From: Squalus acanthias
Taxonomy: Eukaryota
NCBI GenBank assembly: GCA_030390025.1
Contig: CM059438.1
Span: 54,004,001-54,068,000 of the forward strand
DNA: 64,000 bases
Reading direction: 5' to 3'
Numbering within the stretch: position 1 is the stretch's first letter; each line of letters starts with the position of its first letter. The translations under genes and the position numbers were made by a program. Under the pieces are notes generated by a model that had not been told where the DNA came from, ran no database searches, and worked only from the letters and a program-made list of their open reading frames with translations. Shown here one piece after another: positions 24,437 through 36,414 of the stretch.

Positions 24437-25935
24437 TACAACAACTTGTTTTTATATAGCGCCTTTAATGTAGTAAAATATCCCAAGGTGCTTCACAGGG
24501 GCGATTACCAAACAAAATTTGACACCAATCCACATAAGGAGATATTAGGACAGATGACCAAAAGGTTGGTTAAAGAGGTAGGTTTTAAGGAGCGTCTTAA
24601 AGGATGAGAGAGAGGTAGAGAGGCGGAGAGGTTTAGGGAGGGAATTCCAGAGCTTAGGGCCCAGGCAGCTGAAGGCACGACCACCAATGGTGGAGCGATT
24701 GAAATTGTGGATGTGCAAGAGGCCAGAATTGGAGGAGCACAGATATCTTGGAGGAATGTAGGGCTGAAGGAGGTTACAGAGATAGGGAGGGGTGAAGCCA
24801 TGAAGGGATCCGAAAACAAGGATGAGAATTTTAAAATCGAGGCGTTGCCGGACCGGGAGCCAATGTAGGTCAGCGAGCACAGGTGTGATGGGTGAATGGG
24901 ACCTGGTGCGAGTTAGGACACGGGCAGCCGAGTTTTGGATGAGCTCAAGTTTATGAAAGGTGGAAGATGGGAGGCCGCCCAGGAAAGCATTTTAATAGTC
25001 AAGTCTGGAGATAACAAAGGCATGGATGAGGGTTTCAGCAGCGAATGAGCTGAGGCGGGGGCGGAGTCGGGCGATGTTATGGATATGGAAATAGGCAGTC
25101 TTGGTGATGGAGTGGAACTGTAGTCAGAAGCTCATCTCGGGGTCAAATACAACACCAAGGTTGCAAACGGTCTGGTTCAGCCTCAGACAGTTGCCAGGGA
25201 AAGGGATGGATTTGGTGGCTAGGGAACGGAGTTTGTGGTGGGGACCGAAGACAATGGCTTAGGTCTTCCCAATATTTAATTGGAGGAAATTTCTGCTCAT
25301 CCAGTACTGGATGTCAGAAAAGCAGTGTGACAAATCAGAGGCAGTGGAGGGGTCGAGAGAGGTGGTGGTGAGGTAGAGCTGGGTGTCATAGTGTACATGT
25401 GGAACCTGACATTGTGTTTTTGGATGATGTTGCCGAGGGGCAGCATGTAAATGAGAAACAGGAGGGACTCCAGAGTAATGGTTCCTCTAATTTTTTTCCG
25501 TGCGTGGTCCCTTTAAATTTGCTGCGCGGCTGCACATGTGCAGTATCTCTTCCAGTGACAGCAGCTGGTGAGTGGCCTGCGCGGGACCTCGCGATTGATG
25601 CGTGGCCGTGCACCTTAGGGGGAACATTGCTCCAGAGATAACGGTGCAGGAAGAGAACCCACTGCAGGTGATTCCCTGCCGACAACTGGCTAGATAAGAA
25701 TGGAACCAGGTGAGGACAGTCCCACTCAGCTAAACAAGAGAGGCATTGGAGGAGGATGGAGTGGTCAACAGTGTCAAGGGCTGCAGACAGTTCGAGAAGA
25801 ATAAGGAGCGATAGTTTACCATGGTCACAGTCATATAGGATGTCATTTGTGATTTTGATAAGAGCTGTTTTAGTGCTGTGGCACCTGGCTGGATTGATTC
25901 AAACATGGAGTTGTGGGAAAGATGGTCCCAGATTC
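24437..25935 (-). mobile_element. L2 LINE 3' half in intron 5, containing a hAT MITE
   Basis: [25 protein letters not shown] motifs and the L2 tail at 24437. Confidence 0.9.
25476..25629. mobile_element. hAT-type MITE, 154 bp
   Basis: Perfect 8-bp TSD ctccagag (25468-25475 and 25630-25637); TIRs taatggttcctctaa / ttagggggaacattg; homologous to 12017-12172. Confidence 0.85.
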
Positions 25936-25936
25936 C

Positions 25937-27105
25937 ATAGAATCATAGAAATTTACGGCACAGAAGGAGGCCATTCGCTTATTGTGTCTGTGCCGGCCGA
26001 AAAAGAGCTATCCAGCCCAATCCCACTTTCCAGCTCTTGGTCCGTAGCCCTGTAGGTTACGGCACTTCAAGTGCATAGCCAAGTACTTTTTAAATGTGAT
26101 GAGGGTTTCTGCCTCTACCACTCTTTCAGGCAGTGAGTTCCAGACCCCCACCACCCTCTGGGTGAAAAATTTTCTCATCTCCCCTCTAATCCTTCTACCA
26201 ATTACTTTAAATCTATGCCCCCTGGTTATTGACCTCTCTGCTAAGGAAAATAGGTCCTTCCTATCTACTCTATCTCGGCCCCTCATAATTTTATACACCT
26301 CAACCTCCTCTGTTCCAAAGTTAACAACCCCAGCCTATCCAGTCTTTCCTCATTGCTAAAATTCACCAGTCCTGGCAACATCCTCATAAATCTCCTCTGT
26401 ACCCTCTCTAGTACAATCACATCTTTCCTGTAATGTGGTGACCAGAACTGCACGCAGTACTCTAGCTGTGGCATAACTACTGTTTTATACAGTTGAAGCA
26501 TAACCCCCCCTGCTCTTGTATTCTATGCCACGGCTAATAAAGGCAAGCATTCCGTATGCCTTCTTAACCACCTTATCTACCTGTCCTGCTACCTTCAGGG
26601 ATCTGTGGACATGCACTCCAAGGTCCTTCTGTTCCTCTACATTTCTCAGTGTCCCACCATTTATTGTGTATTCCCTTGCCTTGTTAGCCCTCCCCAAATG
26701 CATTAGCTCGCACTTCTCCGGATTGAATTCCATTTGCCATTTTTTTGCCCACCTGACCAGTCCATTAATATCTTCCTGCAGTCTACAGCTTTCTTCCTCA
26801 CTACCAACCACACGGCCAATTTTTGTATCATCTGTAAACTTCTTAATCATGCCCCTACAATGAAGTTTTGCCCACTCACTTAATCTATCAATGTCCTTTT
26901 GCAACTTTCTGCTCCCATCTAGACTGCTTACTGTCTTGTCAGCAAACTTGAACTTTCAGCTCGCTATTCCTTCCTCCAAGTCAGTTATAAATATAGTGAA
27001 AAGCTGAGGCCTTGTGCAAATCCCTGGGGGATACCACTAGTCACATCCTGCCAAATGGAGTACATAACCATTATCCCTACTCCCTGTCTCCTACCTCCTA
27101 ACCAA
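25937..27105 (-). mobile_element. Two CR1 RT/3' fragments
   Basis: KFTDDTKIG, LEYCVQFWSP, WNSLP; ttctatga-type tail at 25937. Confidence 0.88.
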
Positions 27106-27149
27106 ACATGGAGTTCATTAATTTCAGATCATAATCTCTGCCCCCATTT

Positions 27150-30100
27150 TTTTCTCCCTACCATTGGGAACATTCTGCCCGCATCTAATTTGTCTAAACC
27201 AGTCAGGATTTTAAATGTCTCTATAAGATCCCCCCTCATTCTTCTGAACTCCAGAGGATACAAGTTCAGTTGACCCAATCTTTCTTGATATGTCAGTCCG
27301 GCCATCCCAGGAATCAATCTAGTGAACCTTCGCTGCACTCCCTCAATAGCAAGAATGTCCTTCCTTAAGTTAGGAGACCAAAACTGCGCACAATACTCCA
27401 GGTGTGGCCTCACCAAGGCCCTGTACAACTGTAGCATCACCTCCCTACTCCTGTACTCAAATCCCCTTGCTATGAAGGCCATCATTCCGTTTGCTTTCTT
27501 GACTGCCTGCTGCACTTGCATTCCCACCTTCAGTGACTGATGTACCATGACGCCCAGGTCTCGTTGCACGTCCCCTTTCCCTAATCTGCCACCATTCAGG
27601 TAATAGTCCGCCTCTCTATTTTTACCACCAAAGTGGATAACCTCACATTTATCCACATTGTACTTCATCTGCCATACATTTGCCCATTCACCCAACCTGT
27701 CCAAGTCACTCTGTAGCCTCCTAGCATCCTCCTCATTGTTCACACTGCCTCCCAATTTAGTGTCATCCGCAAATTTGGAGATATTACATTTAATCCCTTC
27801 GTCCAAATCATTAATATATAATGTAAACAGCTGGGGTCCCAGCACCGAACCCTGCGGTACCCCGCTGGTCACTGCCTGCCATTCTGAAAAGTACCCATTT
27901 ACTCCTACTCTTTGTTTCCTGTGTGCCAACCAGTTCTCAATCCACGTCAACACATTACCCCCAATCCCATGTGCTTTAACTTTGCTCACCAATCTCTTGT
28001 GTGGGACCTTGTCGAAGGCCTTCTGAAAGTCCAAATACACCACATCTACTGGTTCCCCCCTGTCCACCCTATTGGAAACATCCTCAAAAAATTCCAGAAG
28101 ATTTGTCAAGCATGATTTCCCTTTCACAAATCCATGCTGACTTGGACCTATCATGTCGCCACTTTCCAAATGGTCTGTTATGACATCTTTAATAATTGCT
28201 TCCATCATTTTACCCACGACCGATGTCAGGCTGACCGGTCTATAATTCCCTGCTTTCTCCCTCCCTCCTTTTTTAAAAAGAGGGGTTACATTGGCCACCC
28301 TCCACTCCATCGGAACTGATCCAGAGTCTAAGGAATGTTGGAAAATGATCGTCAATGCATCCACTATTTCCAAGGCCACCTCCTTAAGTACTCTGGGATG
28401 CAGACCATCAGGCCCCGGGGATTTTTCAGCCTTCAGTCCCATCAATTTCCCCAATACCTTTTCCCGACTAATAAGGATTTCCCTCAGCTCCTCCCTCTTA
28501 CCAGATCCTCTGACCCCTTTTATTTCCGGCAGGTTGTGTGTGTCCTCCACAGTAAACACCGAACCAAAGTACTTGTTCAATTGATCCGCCATTTCCTTGT
28601 TCCCCATTACGACTTCCCCTGTTTCCGACTGCAGGGGACCTACGTTTGTTTTTACTAACCTCTTTCTTTTTACATATTTATAGAAGCTTTTGCAGTCCAT
28701 TTTAATGTTCTCTGCAAGCTTCCTTTCATATTTTATTTTCCCTGCCCTAATCAAACCCTTCGTCCTCCTCTGCTGAGTTTTGAAGTTCTCCCAGTCCCCG
28801 GGTTTGCTGCTACTTCTGGCCAATTTGTATGCAACTTCCTTGGTTTTAATACTATCCCTGATTTCCCTTGTTAGCCATGGTTGAGCCACCTTCCCTTTTT
28901 TATTTTTATGCCAGACCGGGATGTACAATTGTTGTAGTTCATCCATGCGATCTCTAAATGTCTGCCATTGCCCTTCCACTGATAGCCCCTTAAATATCGC
29001 TTGCCAATTTAACCTCGCCAATTCACGCCTCATACCCTCAAAGTTGCCCTTATTTAAGTTCTGGACCATGGTCTCTGACTTAACTGTTTCCTTCTCCATC
29101 CTAATGTAGAACTCCACCATACTATGGTCACTCTTCCCCAGGGGGCCTCGTACCACAAGATTGCTGATTAGTCCCTCCTCATTACACAACACCCAGTCCA
29201 GGATGGCCTCCCCTCGAGTTGGTTCCTCAACATATTGGTTTAGGAAACCATCCCTTAAACACTCCAGGAAATCCTCCTCCACCGTATTGCTTCCAGTTTG
29301 AGTAGCCCAATCTATATGCATATTAAAGTCACCCATGATAACTGCCGTGCCTTTTTTGCACGCACCTCTGATTTCCTGTTTCATACCCTCCCCCACCTCG
29401 CTACTGCTGTTTGGAGGTCTGTACACAACTCCCACTAACGTTTTCTGCCCTTTGGTGTTCTGCAGCTCAACCCATATTGATTCCACATCCTCCAAGCTGA
29501 TGTCCTTCCTAGCTATTGCATTAATCTCCTCTTTAACCAGCAATGCTACCCCACCCCCTTTTCCTTTTATTCTATCCTTTCTGAATGTTGAATACCCCTG
29601 GATGTTCAGTTCCCAGCCTTGATTGTTCTGGAGCCACGTCTCTGTAATCCCAATCACATCGTATCCATTAACATCTATTTGCACAGTCAATTCATCCACC
29701 TTATTACGGATACTCCTTGCATTAAGACACAGAGCCTTTAGGCTTGTTTTATTAACATCCTTTGTCCTTTTAGACTTATGATTTAGTATGGCCCTTTGTG
29801 TTTCTTGCCTTTGTTTACTCGGCCTTCCCCTATTGTTTCTCACCCTTCTAACATTTGTTTCTGACTGCATATTACTTCCCCCTGTTTCGCTACATAGGTT
29901 CCCATTCCCCTGCCATATTAGTTTAAATCCTCCCGAACTGCTTTAGCAAATATTGCCCCGAGGACATCGGTTCCAGTCCTGCCCAAGTGCAGACCGTCCC
30001 TTTTGTACAGGTCCCACTTCCCCCAGAACTGGTTCCAATGCCTCAGGAATTTGAATCCCTCCCTCCTGCACCACTGCTCAAGCCACGTATTCAATCTCAC

Positions 30101-30288
30101 TATCCTGTTCTCTCTATTCTGATTAGCACGTGGCCCTGGTAGCAATCCAGAGATTACTACCTTAGAGGTCCTACTTTTTAATTTAGCTCCTAGCTCCCTA
30201 AATTCTGCTTGTAGGACCTCTTCCCGCTTTTTACCTATATCGTTGGTACCTACATGCACCACGACAGCTGGCTGTTCACCCTCCCTCG
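27150..30288 (-). mobile_element. CR1 copy B: ORF1 C-terminus and an uninterrupted ORF2 of about 910 codons, truncated at both ends
   Basis: ORF1 HVGTND...DGLH...EDLN* (stop at 29918); ORF2 27129..29870 has intact endonuclease and RT motifs. Confidence 0.95.
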
Positions 30289-30289
30289 G

Positions 30290-30635
30290 ACTGCAGCTGT
30301 TGATAATGGTTCTGCTATTCCCAATTACACCTCCTCTAGACCCATCTTTTGTTTCCTTACTTGTCCCATTACTATCTCCTTTTGCCTCACACCATCATCC
30401 CTTTTGTCATTTAATCTCTCCTCCCTTCCACCCCATCACTGACCTTCCCTTTAGTTTTTTCCTCCCCTCCCCCTTCCTCTGTACTTGCTTAAAACCTGTT
30501 ACATCTCTAACTTTTTCCAGTTCTGAAACGTTGACTCTGTTTCTCTCTCCACGGATGCTGCCTGACCTGCTGAGTATTTCCAGCATTTTCTGCTTTTATT
30601 TCAGATTTCCAGCATTGGCAGTATTTTGTTTTTGC
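30290..30635 (+). mobile_element. Penelope-like 3' region, same family as 12699-13281
   Basis: Near-identical to the reverse complement of 12720-12960, plus the gatgctgcctgacctgctgag tail. Confidence 0.75.
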
Positions 30636-30639
30636 CTTA

Positions 30640-32190
30640 TCTGTGACTGACATGATGGGAGTAGCGAGGCCACATGAGATGGGAAGGTTGAGGAGGTGGC
30701 CACGAATGTGGGTAGGGGAGTTTATATGGAGGGAGAAATTAAGTGAGGATAGGAGGCTAGTGAACTCAGAGGAGAGAAGCATGATGAGTTGAGATGGAGG
30801 TTGAAATCTCCGAGGATGAGAAGTCGCTCGGTGCAGAGGCTGAGGGAGGAAGGCAGTAAAGATATCTCGGTGAGAAACTTGGCCTGGTACTTGGGTGTGC
30901 AATAGAGAACGAGGAATTTTAATGAGAGGCGAGAGGGGAGGAACAAGGTGAGATGCTCAAAGGAGGAGAAGGTGCCAGAGGAGTAGGGGGACAGACAAAG
31001 GTGGGATTTGGTGATGAGAGCCACACCGCTACCGTGGCAGTTTGAGCGGGGAAAGCGGTGGAAGGTATAGCCAGGCGGGAAGGCTTCATTAAGGGGAGGG
31101 GGGGGGGGGGTGTCATCACCCATTAGCCAAGTTTCCATCAGGGGCATGATGTCGATACAATCATCCACAACAAGCTCATGGATGGCATGGGCCTTGTGTT
31201 CAAGTGAATGGACATCCTGGAGGGAGATGCGAAGAGGAGCGGTTATAGCTGGCAGAGTCCACAGGGTCAGTACTGGGAGGGGTGAGTTGGATGGGGAGGA
31301 GATTGGCAATATTAGCCCCCAGTGGGCACGCTGGGCAGGAAGGTCAGTGAGAGAGTAGGATTGGGCAGTTGGGGTTGCTGCTCATAAGGAGGCAGCCAAG
31401 AGTGCCTCGATGGGCCCTTCGGAGGATGCCAAGAGAGGCACAGAGGGAAGCTGTAGGCTTATCTAAGAGGGAGTCAAGCCTGGGTAGGCGGCAGGAGAGT
31501 AGGAAGGTTGAGGAGTGCTAAAGGGTTAGTATTTGGGAGGGCAGAGTACTCGAGAGGGGAGAAATAAAAGGAGGCTTGGCGACAGGAGAGAGGGGCCTAG
31601 GAGGGTTAGAGAGAAAAGAAGAAAAAAAGAGAAATAGAAGTGATGGGCTGGTGTCTGGAGCAGCAGCCAGAACACGCAGGCGAATGTACACAGGGAAACT
31701 CAAGTTACATCTCAAGATTAGGATAGATATGTCCTGGTAATAAATGGGGAACAGAGAGGCAACAATAGGAGGGAGTCCAGAATTAAAGTCAGAAGTCCCG
31801 TGGTGAGATAAAGTTGACAGATAGGGTGGCGTCAACATGGAGCATCGACGAGCTGATGTCCAGGTTTTGGAGACAGGTGTGGAGAGCGAGTGATCCCAGG
31901 GGGCAGCGCCCACGGGGAGCAGCGCTCGGAGCAGCGACCCCGGGGAGCAGCGCCCGGAGCAGCGACCCCGGGGAGCAGAACTCGGAGCAGCGACCCCGGG
32001 GAGCAGCGACCCCGGGGAGCAGAACTCGGAGCAGCGACCTCGGGGAGCCGAACTCGGAGCAGCGACCTCGGGGAGCCGAACTCGGAGCAGCGACCCCGGG
32101 GAGCAGAACTCGGAGCAGCGACCTCGGGGAGCCGAACTCGGAGCAGCGACCTCGGGGAGCCAAACTCGGAGCAGTGACCCAGGCGCGAGC
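30640..32190 (-). mobile_element. L2 LINE 5' part (endonuclease and upstream region), possibly the same element as 24437-25935
   Basis: LQDVHSL..KAHAIHEL...DIMPLMETWL, GSGVALI, LGDFNLH. Confidence 0.75.
31895..32180. repeat. GC-rich ~14/28-bp tandem repeat (ggagcagcgaccccggggagcagaactc)
   Basis: Direct periodicity, CpG-rich, at the 5' side of the L2 piece. Confidence 0.9.
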
Positions 32191-33143
32191 TGCCTCTTAC
32201 TCTGGCTCATGGAAATGAGGCCCGAGGCCCGATATCGGGGGTGCCTTGGGCCTCACCATTCAGGCGCAGGGATTGGGCTCTCTGATATTATGGCCACTGC
32301 TGTTTGCTGCTCTGCCAAAGAACCTGCGTCCCTTTAAATGGCTGCAGTGTTTTAATCTGTAGCTTTTAATTTCCCACCTTCCCAATGGCGATAAACCCAT
32401 CAGGAGCAGAATTACTGCTCCGAACGCGCCCTGCATACACAAGGAAAGCTGCAGGAGGAAAGTGCCGTGTTAGCGATGGAGTCATGTTAACTGTTAACCC
32501 GTTAACGGGAGCAGAATCCAGCCCAGATTGTCATTCCTTGATCGTCACTAGGTGAGAATCCTGGAATTCCCCGTCTAACAGCACTGGCAACACCATCATT
32601 GCAAGCACTGCAGTGGTTGAAGAAGGCAGTCCACTAGTGCCTTCCGAGAATGAGGAAGGGGCAAATAGTACTGTCTTACTAGTGGTGCCCAGATCCTGAG
32701 AACAAATTTAAAACATGGCCTTTTCTCATTCCATACTTCCCCTTTGCCTTGTTGAGTAGTTAAATGTAAAGTCAGCAAGATCTCCACTTGGAAAGTCAAA
32801 TTACAAGACATTTCAATTTATTTAGTAAGCATTCTACACTGGCTACCTCATTTCATCTTACTCAAAGCACGGCATTGGGGGGGGGAGATAGATTCTAGAG
32901 TTTTAAGGGAGGGGGAGGCTAAGGAAAAACCTGAGGAAAACGAGGGTGAATCCCAGGTCTTTTTACTACCATGTAATTGAGGTTTAAACACAGAAAGCTC
33001 CATACTTCAGTCATCTAAATATTAAACAGCAGTTTAGTAAAATCAAATCTACTACAATCTCAGCATTTGACCAATTACAACTCTCCAATATAGCTCATCT
33101 GGCTAGTTTCTCATATAGTGTAACAGAAAGATGCAATACGCAC

Positions 33144-33265
33144 CTGTGTATAAATGACCCTGAAAGCATCAATGATTCCAGCATACCTGTGCTCTCCCTT
33201 CACCTGGAATGCCAGACGTGCACGAATCATGTCAAGTGGATAGGTACAGATCACTGCAGTCATCC
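33144..33265 (-). CDS. SLC25A16: SLC25A16 exon 5, 122 bp
   Basis: GMTAVICTYPLDMIRARLAFQVKGEHRYAGIIDAFRVIYTQ, containing the carrier signature Px[DE]xx[KR]x[KR]. Acceptor ttttccag, donor gtgcgt. Confidence 0.97.
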
Positions 33266-33479
33266 CTGGAAAACAACACGACTTAATGTTTGCAGAAAGA
33301 ACTAGAAGTAAATCAAAACCAAACTAGGGAGGCCCCGTCATGCTGCTGCAATGTTAGTTCAGTAACACTTTGAGCCACAACAAAACCTTTCCATACATTA
33401 AAAACAATCTCTCATAAATAGGCAGATTTCCCACAATTCTGTACACTTCCAGTGGCTACACATACTTCCTGTGTCATCA

Positions 33480-33780
33480 TTTGGTTATATCTCTATGACA
33501 TGGCCAGTCCAAAGAGGAACGTTGCGAGGCCAGTGGTGGCTTTGCATTGAAACTTGAGAACTTTCCCAAAAGTATCAATGATCGCCTGGTGACACTAAGA
33601 TTGCCACTCGCTGGGAAATTGGCAAACATGCCGCTGGGAATTACAGCCACAACGGCCTTCCGCTCCGAAGGAAATGTGCTGAGCACAGTCTGATCATCAC
33701 CAACACAATCTCCCGGCCACCAAACAAGATGACATCTTGGATGCACGCTTGTTCCAAATACTGGCATCTGATTGATGTCC
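33480..33780 (+). mobile_element. RTE (BovB-like) endonuclease remnant
   Basis: Decayed SINDRLVTLRLPL, LIITNT and TSWMH..SKYWHLID. Confidence 0.6.
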
Positions 33781-33838
33781 TTTTCCCTGACTAAGATTTA
33801 ATCAATGTTGTCAAGATCTCCAACAAGTGAGAGTCTAA

Positions 33839-34562
33839 CCACCGCCCCTTGCCTTTCAACGACATTACCATCGCCAAATCCCCCACTATCAACATCCTGG
33901 GGGTCACCACTGACCAGAAACTTAACTGGACCAGCCACATAAATACTGTGGCCACAAGAACAGGTCAGAGGCTGGGTATTCTGCGGCGAGTGACTCAACT
34001 CCTGACTCCCCAAAGCCTTTCCACCATCTACAACGCACAAGTCAGGAGTGTGATGGAATACTCTCCACTTGCTTGGATGAGTGCAGCTCCAACAACACTC
34101 AAGAAGCTCGACACCATCCAGGACAAAGCAGCCCACTTGATTGGCACCCCATCCACCACCTTAAACATTCACTCTCTCCACCACCGGCGTACCGTGGCTG
34201 CAGTGTGTACCATCTACAAGATGCACTGCAGCAACTCGCCAAGGCTTCTTCGGCAGCACCTCCCAAACCAGCGACCTCTTCCACCTGGAAGGACAAGGGC
34301 AGCAGGCGCATGGGAACACCACCACCTCCAAGTACCCTCCAATTCACACACCATCCTGACTCAGAAATATATCGCCGTTCCTTCATTGTCACTGGTTCAA
34401 AATCCTGGAACTCCCTCCCTAACAGCACTGTGGGAGCACCTTCACCACACGGACTGCAGCGGTTTAAGGCGGCAGCTCACCACCACCACCTTCTCAGGGC
34501 AACTAGGGATGGGCAATAAATGCTGGCCTTACCAGTGATGCCCTCATCCCGCGAATGAATAT
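33839..34562 (+). mobile_element. Non-LTR retrotransposon 3' fragment (RTE-X-like, clade uncertain)
   Basis: INILGVTTDQKLNWTSHI...QVRSVMEYSPLAW...HSLHHRR...WNSLP. Related tails at about 32520-32700, 52110-52295 and 21900-21990. Confidence 0.7.
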
Positions 34563-34851
34563 TAAAAATTATGTAGAGCCAGTGGGGGATTTTAAATATA
34601 ATGCATTGGAGGATGTAGAGCCAGTGTCAGTCAGGTTGGGTAGCGCAATGGACGAAAAGAAGTATGGTCCAAATGGCAACACCGGCCAATTAAGAATATT
34701 TAAATAATGACATCATTTGATTCTTATCAATACTCATTACAAACTTCTACCATTCATAAAAAGCATGTTTGTAATTTTTGGCAATTTCTTAAGTGTTCTT
34801 TACACCAGCTGCACCGGAAATTTATCTAGAATTCAGAAGAAAACAAATTAC

Positions 34852-34915
34852 CTGCCATGGATCCAGCCATTAATCGGTGAATGTGCCCGGATATGCCTAG
34901 CTTGCTGATCAAAAG
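34852..34915 (-). CDS. SLC25A16: SLC25A16 exon 4, 64 bp
   Basis: LLISKLGISGHIHRLMAGSMA(G). Acceptor tacag, donor gtaatt; phases fit the neighbouring exons. Confidence 0.97.
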
Positions 34916-35241
34916 CTGTACAAAACAAAGCGAAGATTCTTTTATTCACAATTCTAACTACTCAAAATCCTTCCTAATCCCTGCCAAAACACACACTCGG
35001 CACGCCGCGAGGCACTCTCCCATAACTCGGTGTTCAGTTATAGCTAACTGTTCTGATGCACTAGGATATATGACCTAATTGCTCCAGGTCTGCAAGTTAC
35101 AGAACAGAAATGATTGCCCACAAATTGTACTTGTATAGCATGTGAAAAGGGGGACAAATTCAGTTCATAGCATAATTTATTCAAGATTTCATATTTTTAT
35201 AACATTGTTAATATCAATTCTATTGATTCAACAAACTTTAC

Positions 35242-35375
35242 CTTTCTGTATCGGTCAAACGCAGTGAACTGAATGGCACCATAAGGAAAGATCCTGACCA
35301 TCATAGCTCCGTTACCTTTATACAAGCCAAGGAAGCCTTCTTTCTTTGGTACAGCACAGAGAGTAGAAAACACAC
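35242..35375 (-). CDS. SLC25A16: SLC25A16 coding exon (exon 3 by homology), 134 bp
   Basis: Translates to GVFSTLCAVPKKEGFLGLYKGNGAMMVRIFPYGAIQFTAFDRYRK, matching the Graves disease carrier. Acceptor tttcttacag, donor AAG/gtaaag. Confidence 0.97.
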
Positions 35376-36214
35376 CTGTAAGAAAGATCCCAGTCACAAA
35401 TCAAGTTCAAAACAAAACTTTTAATTCCAAGGCTGTTGCTGATCACCCGCATTCCTTAAACCTGATTATTCTTTGGTACTACCATATATGCAGCCCCGCC
35501 ACTGGTGGGAGGGTGTAATTACAACGTGAGCAGTTTACATAGACAGTTTCCATTACAAATGTAAATGTAGAAATTTAGCATCTGAATCGAAATAAAATCA
35601 TAAAAGATAGCCAATATGGGTTCATGAAGAGGTGGTTTTGCCAATCTAATGGACTGATTTATTTTGAGGGTGTGACAAGGGAGCTTGACAAGGGTACAGC
35701 AGTGGGTGTGGTGTACTTGGATTTCAGTAAGGCCTTTGAGATAGTTCCTCTGGAAAGGCTGGTACTGAAAATATAGAAGGCTGATGTAAATATAGGAGTA
35801 CCAGGTAGAATAGGCATATTAAGCTTTTAAACGATGTATCCACTTATTAGTACTCATTGTGCAACAGTTATGCAAGGTCAGGCTTGGAGCAGTGGAGACG
35901 TTACCTCATTAACCAGCGATGAGAAGAAATATAATAAATCAGTTGAGGAGACTGTAGGGAGCTAATGGTATGAAGAGGCTTGTATTATGGATGTATTAGG
36001 AAGAGATAAGAAGGAAGGCCATAACTGATTACCCACGGTTTCTTACTAATCAGTACAATGACGAAGAAATATATGTTATTCGCAGACTTGTTGTATGACG
36101 ATTAACCAGGCATAGTTAGAACAGGTTGACACAATGGCACAATGTTATGAGGATGAAATGAAACATATAAAAGATAGAGACACTGGAGCTCCGTAGAGAC
36201 ATTTGGAGGGGGGA

Positions 36215-36414
36215 NNNNNNNNNNNNNNNNNNNNNNNNNNNNNNNNNNNNNNNNNNNNNNNNNNNNNNNNNNNNNNNNNNNNNNNNNNNNNNNNNNNNNN
36301 NNNNNNNNNNNNNNNNNNNNNNNNNNNNNNNNNNNNNNNNNNNNNNNNNNNNNNNNNNNNNNNNNNNNNNNNNNNNNNNNNNNNNNNNNNNNNNNNNNNN
36401 NNNNNNNNNNNNNN
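36215..36414. other. Assembly gap (200 N) flanked by a C-rich tandem repeat at 36415-36527
   Basis: Run of N; (ctgtccttcccccactcccccc)n on the right side. Confidence 0.99.

Noticed and set aside
27129..29870. 913-aa ORF as a domesticated host gene
   Set aside because: Ordinary CR1 ORF2, truncated at both ends and intronic; intactness is explained by young age.
32190..32524. Possible further Harbinger MITE ending in aatccagccc
   Set aside because: Only one candidate TIR and no TSD found, so not enough to call.
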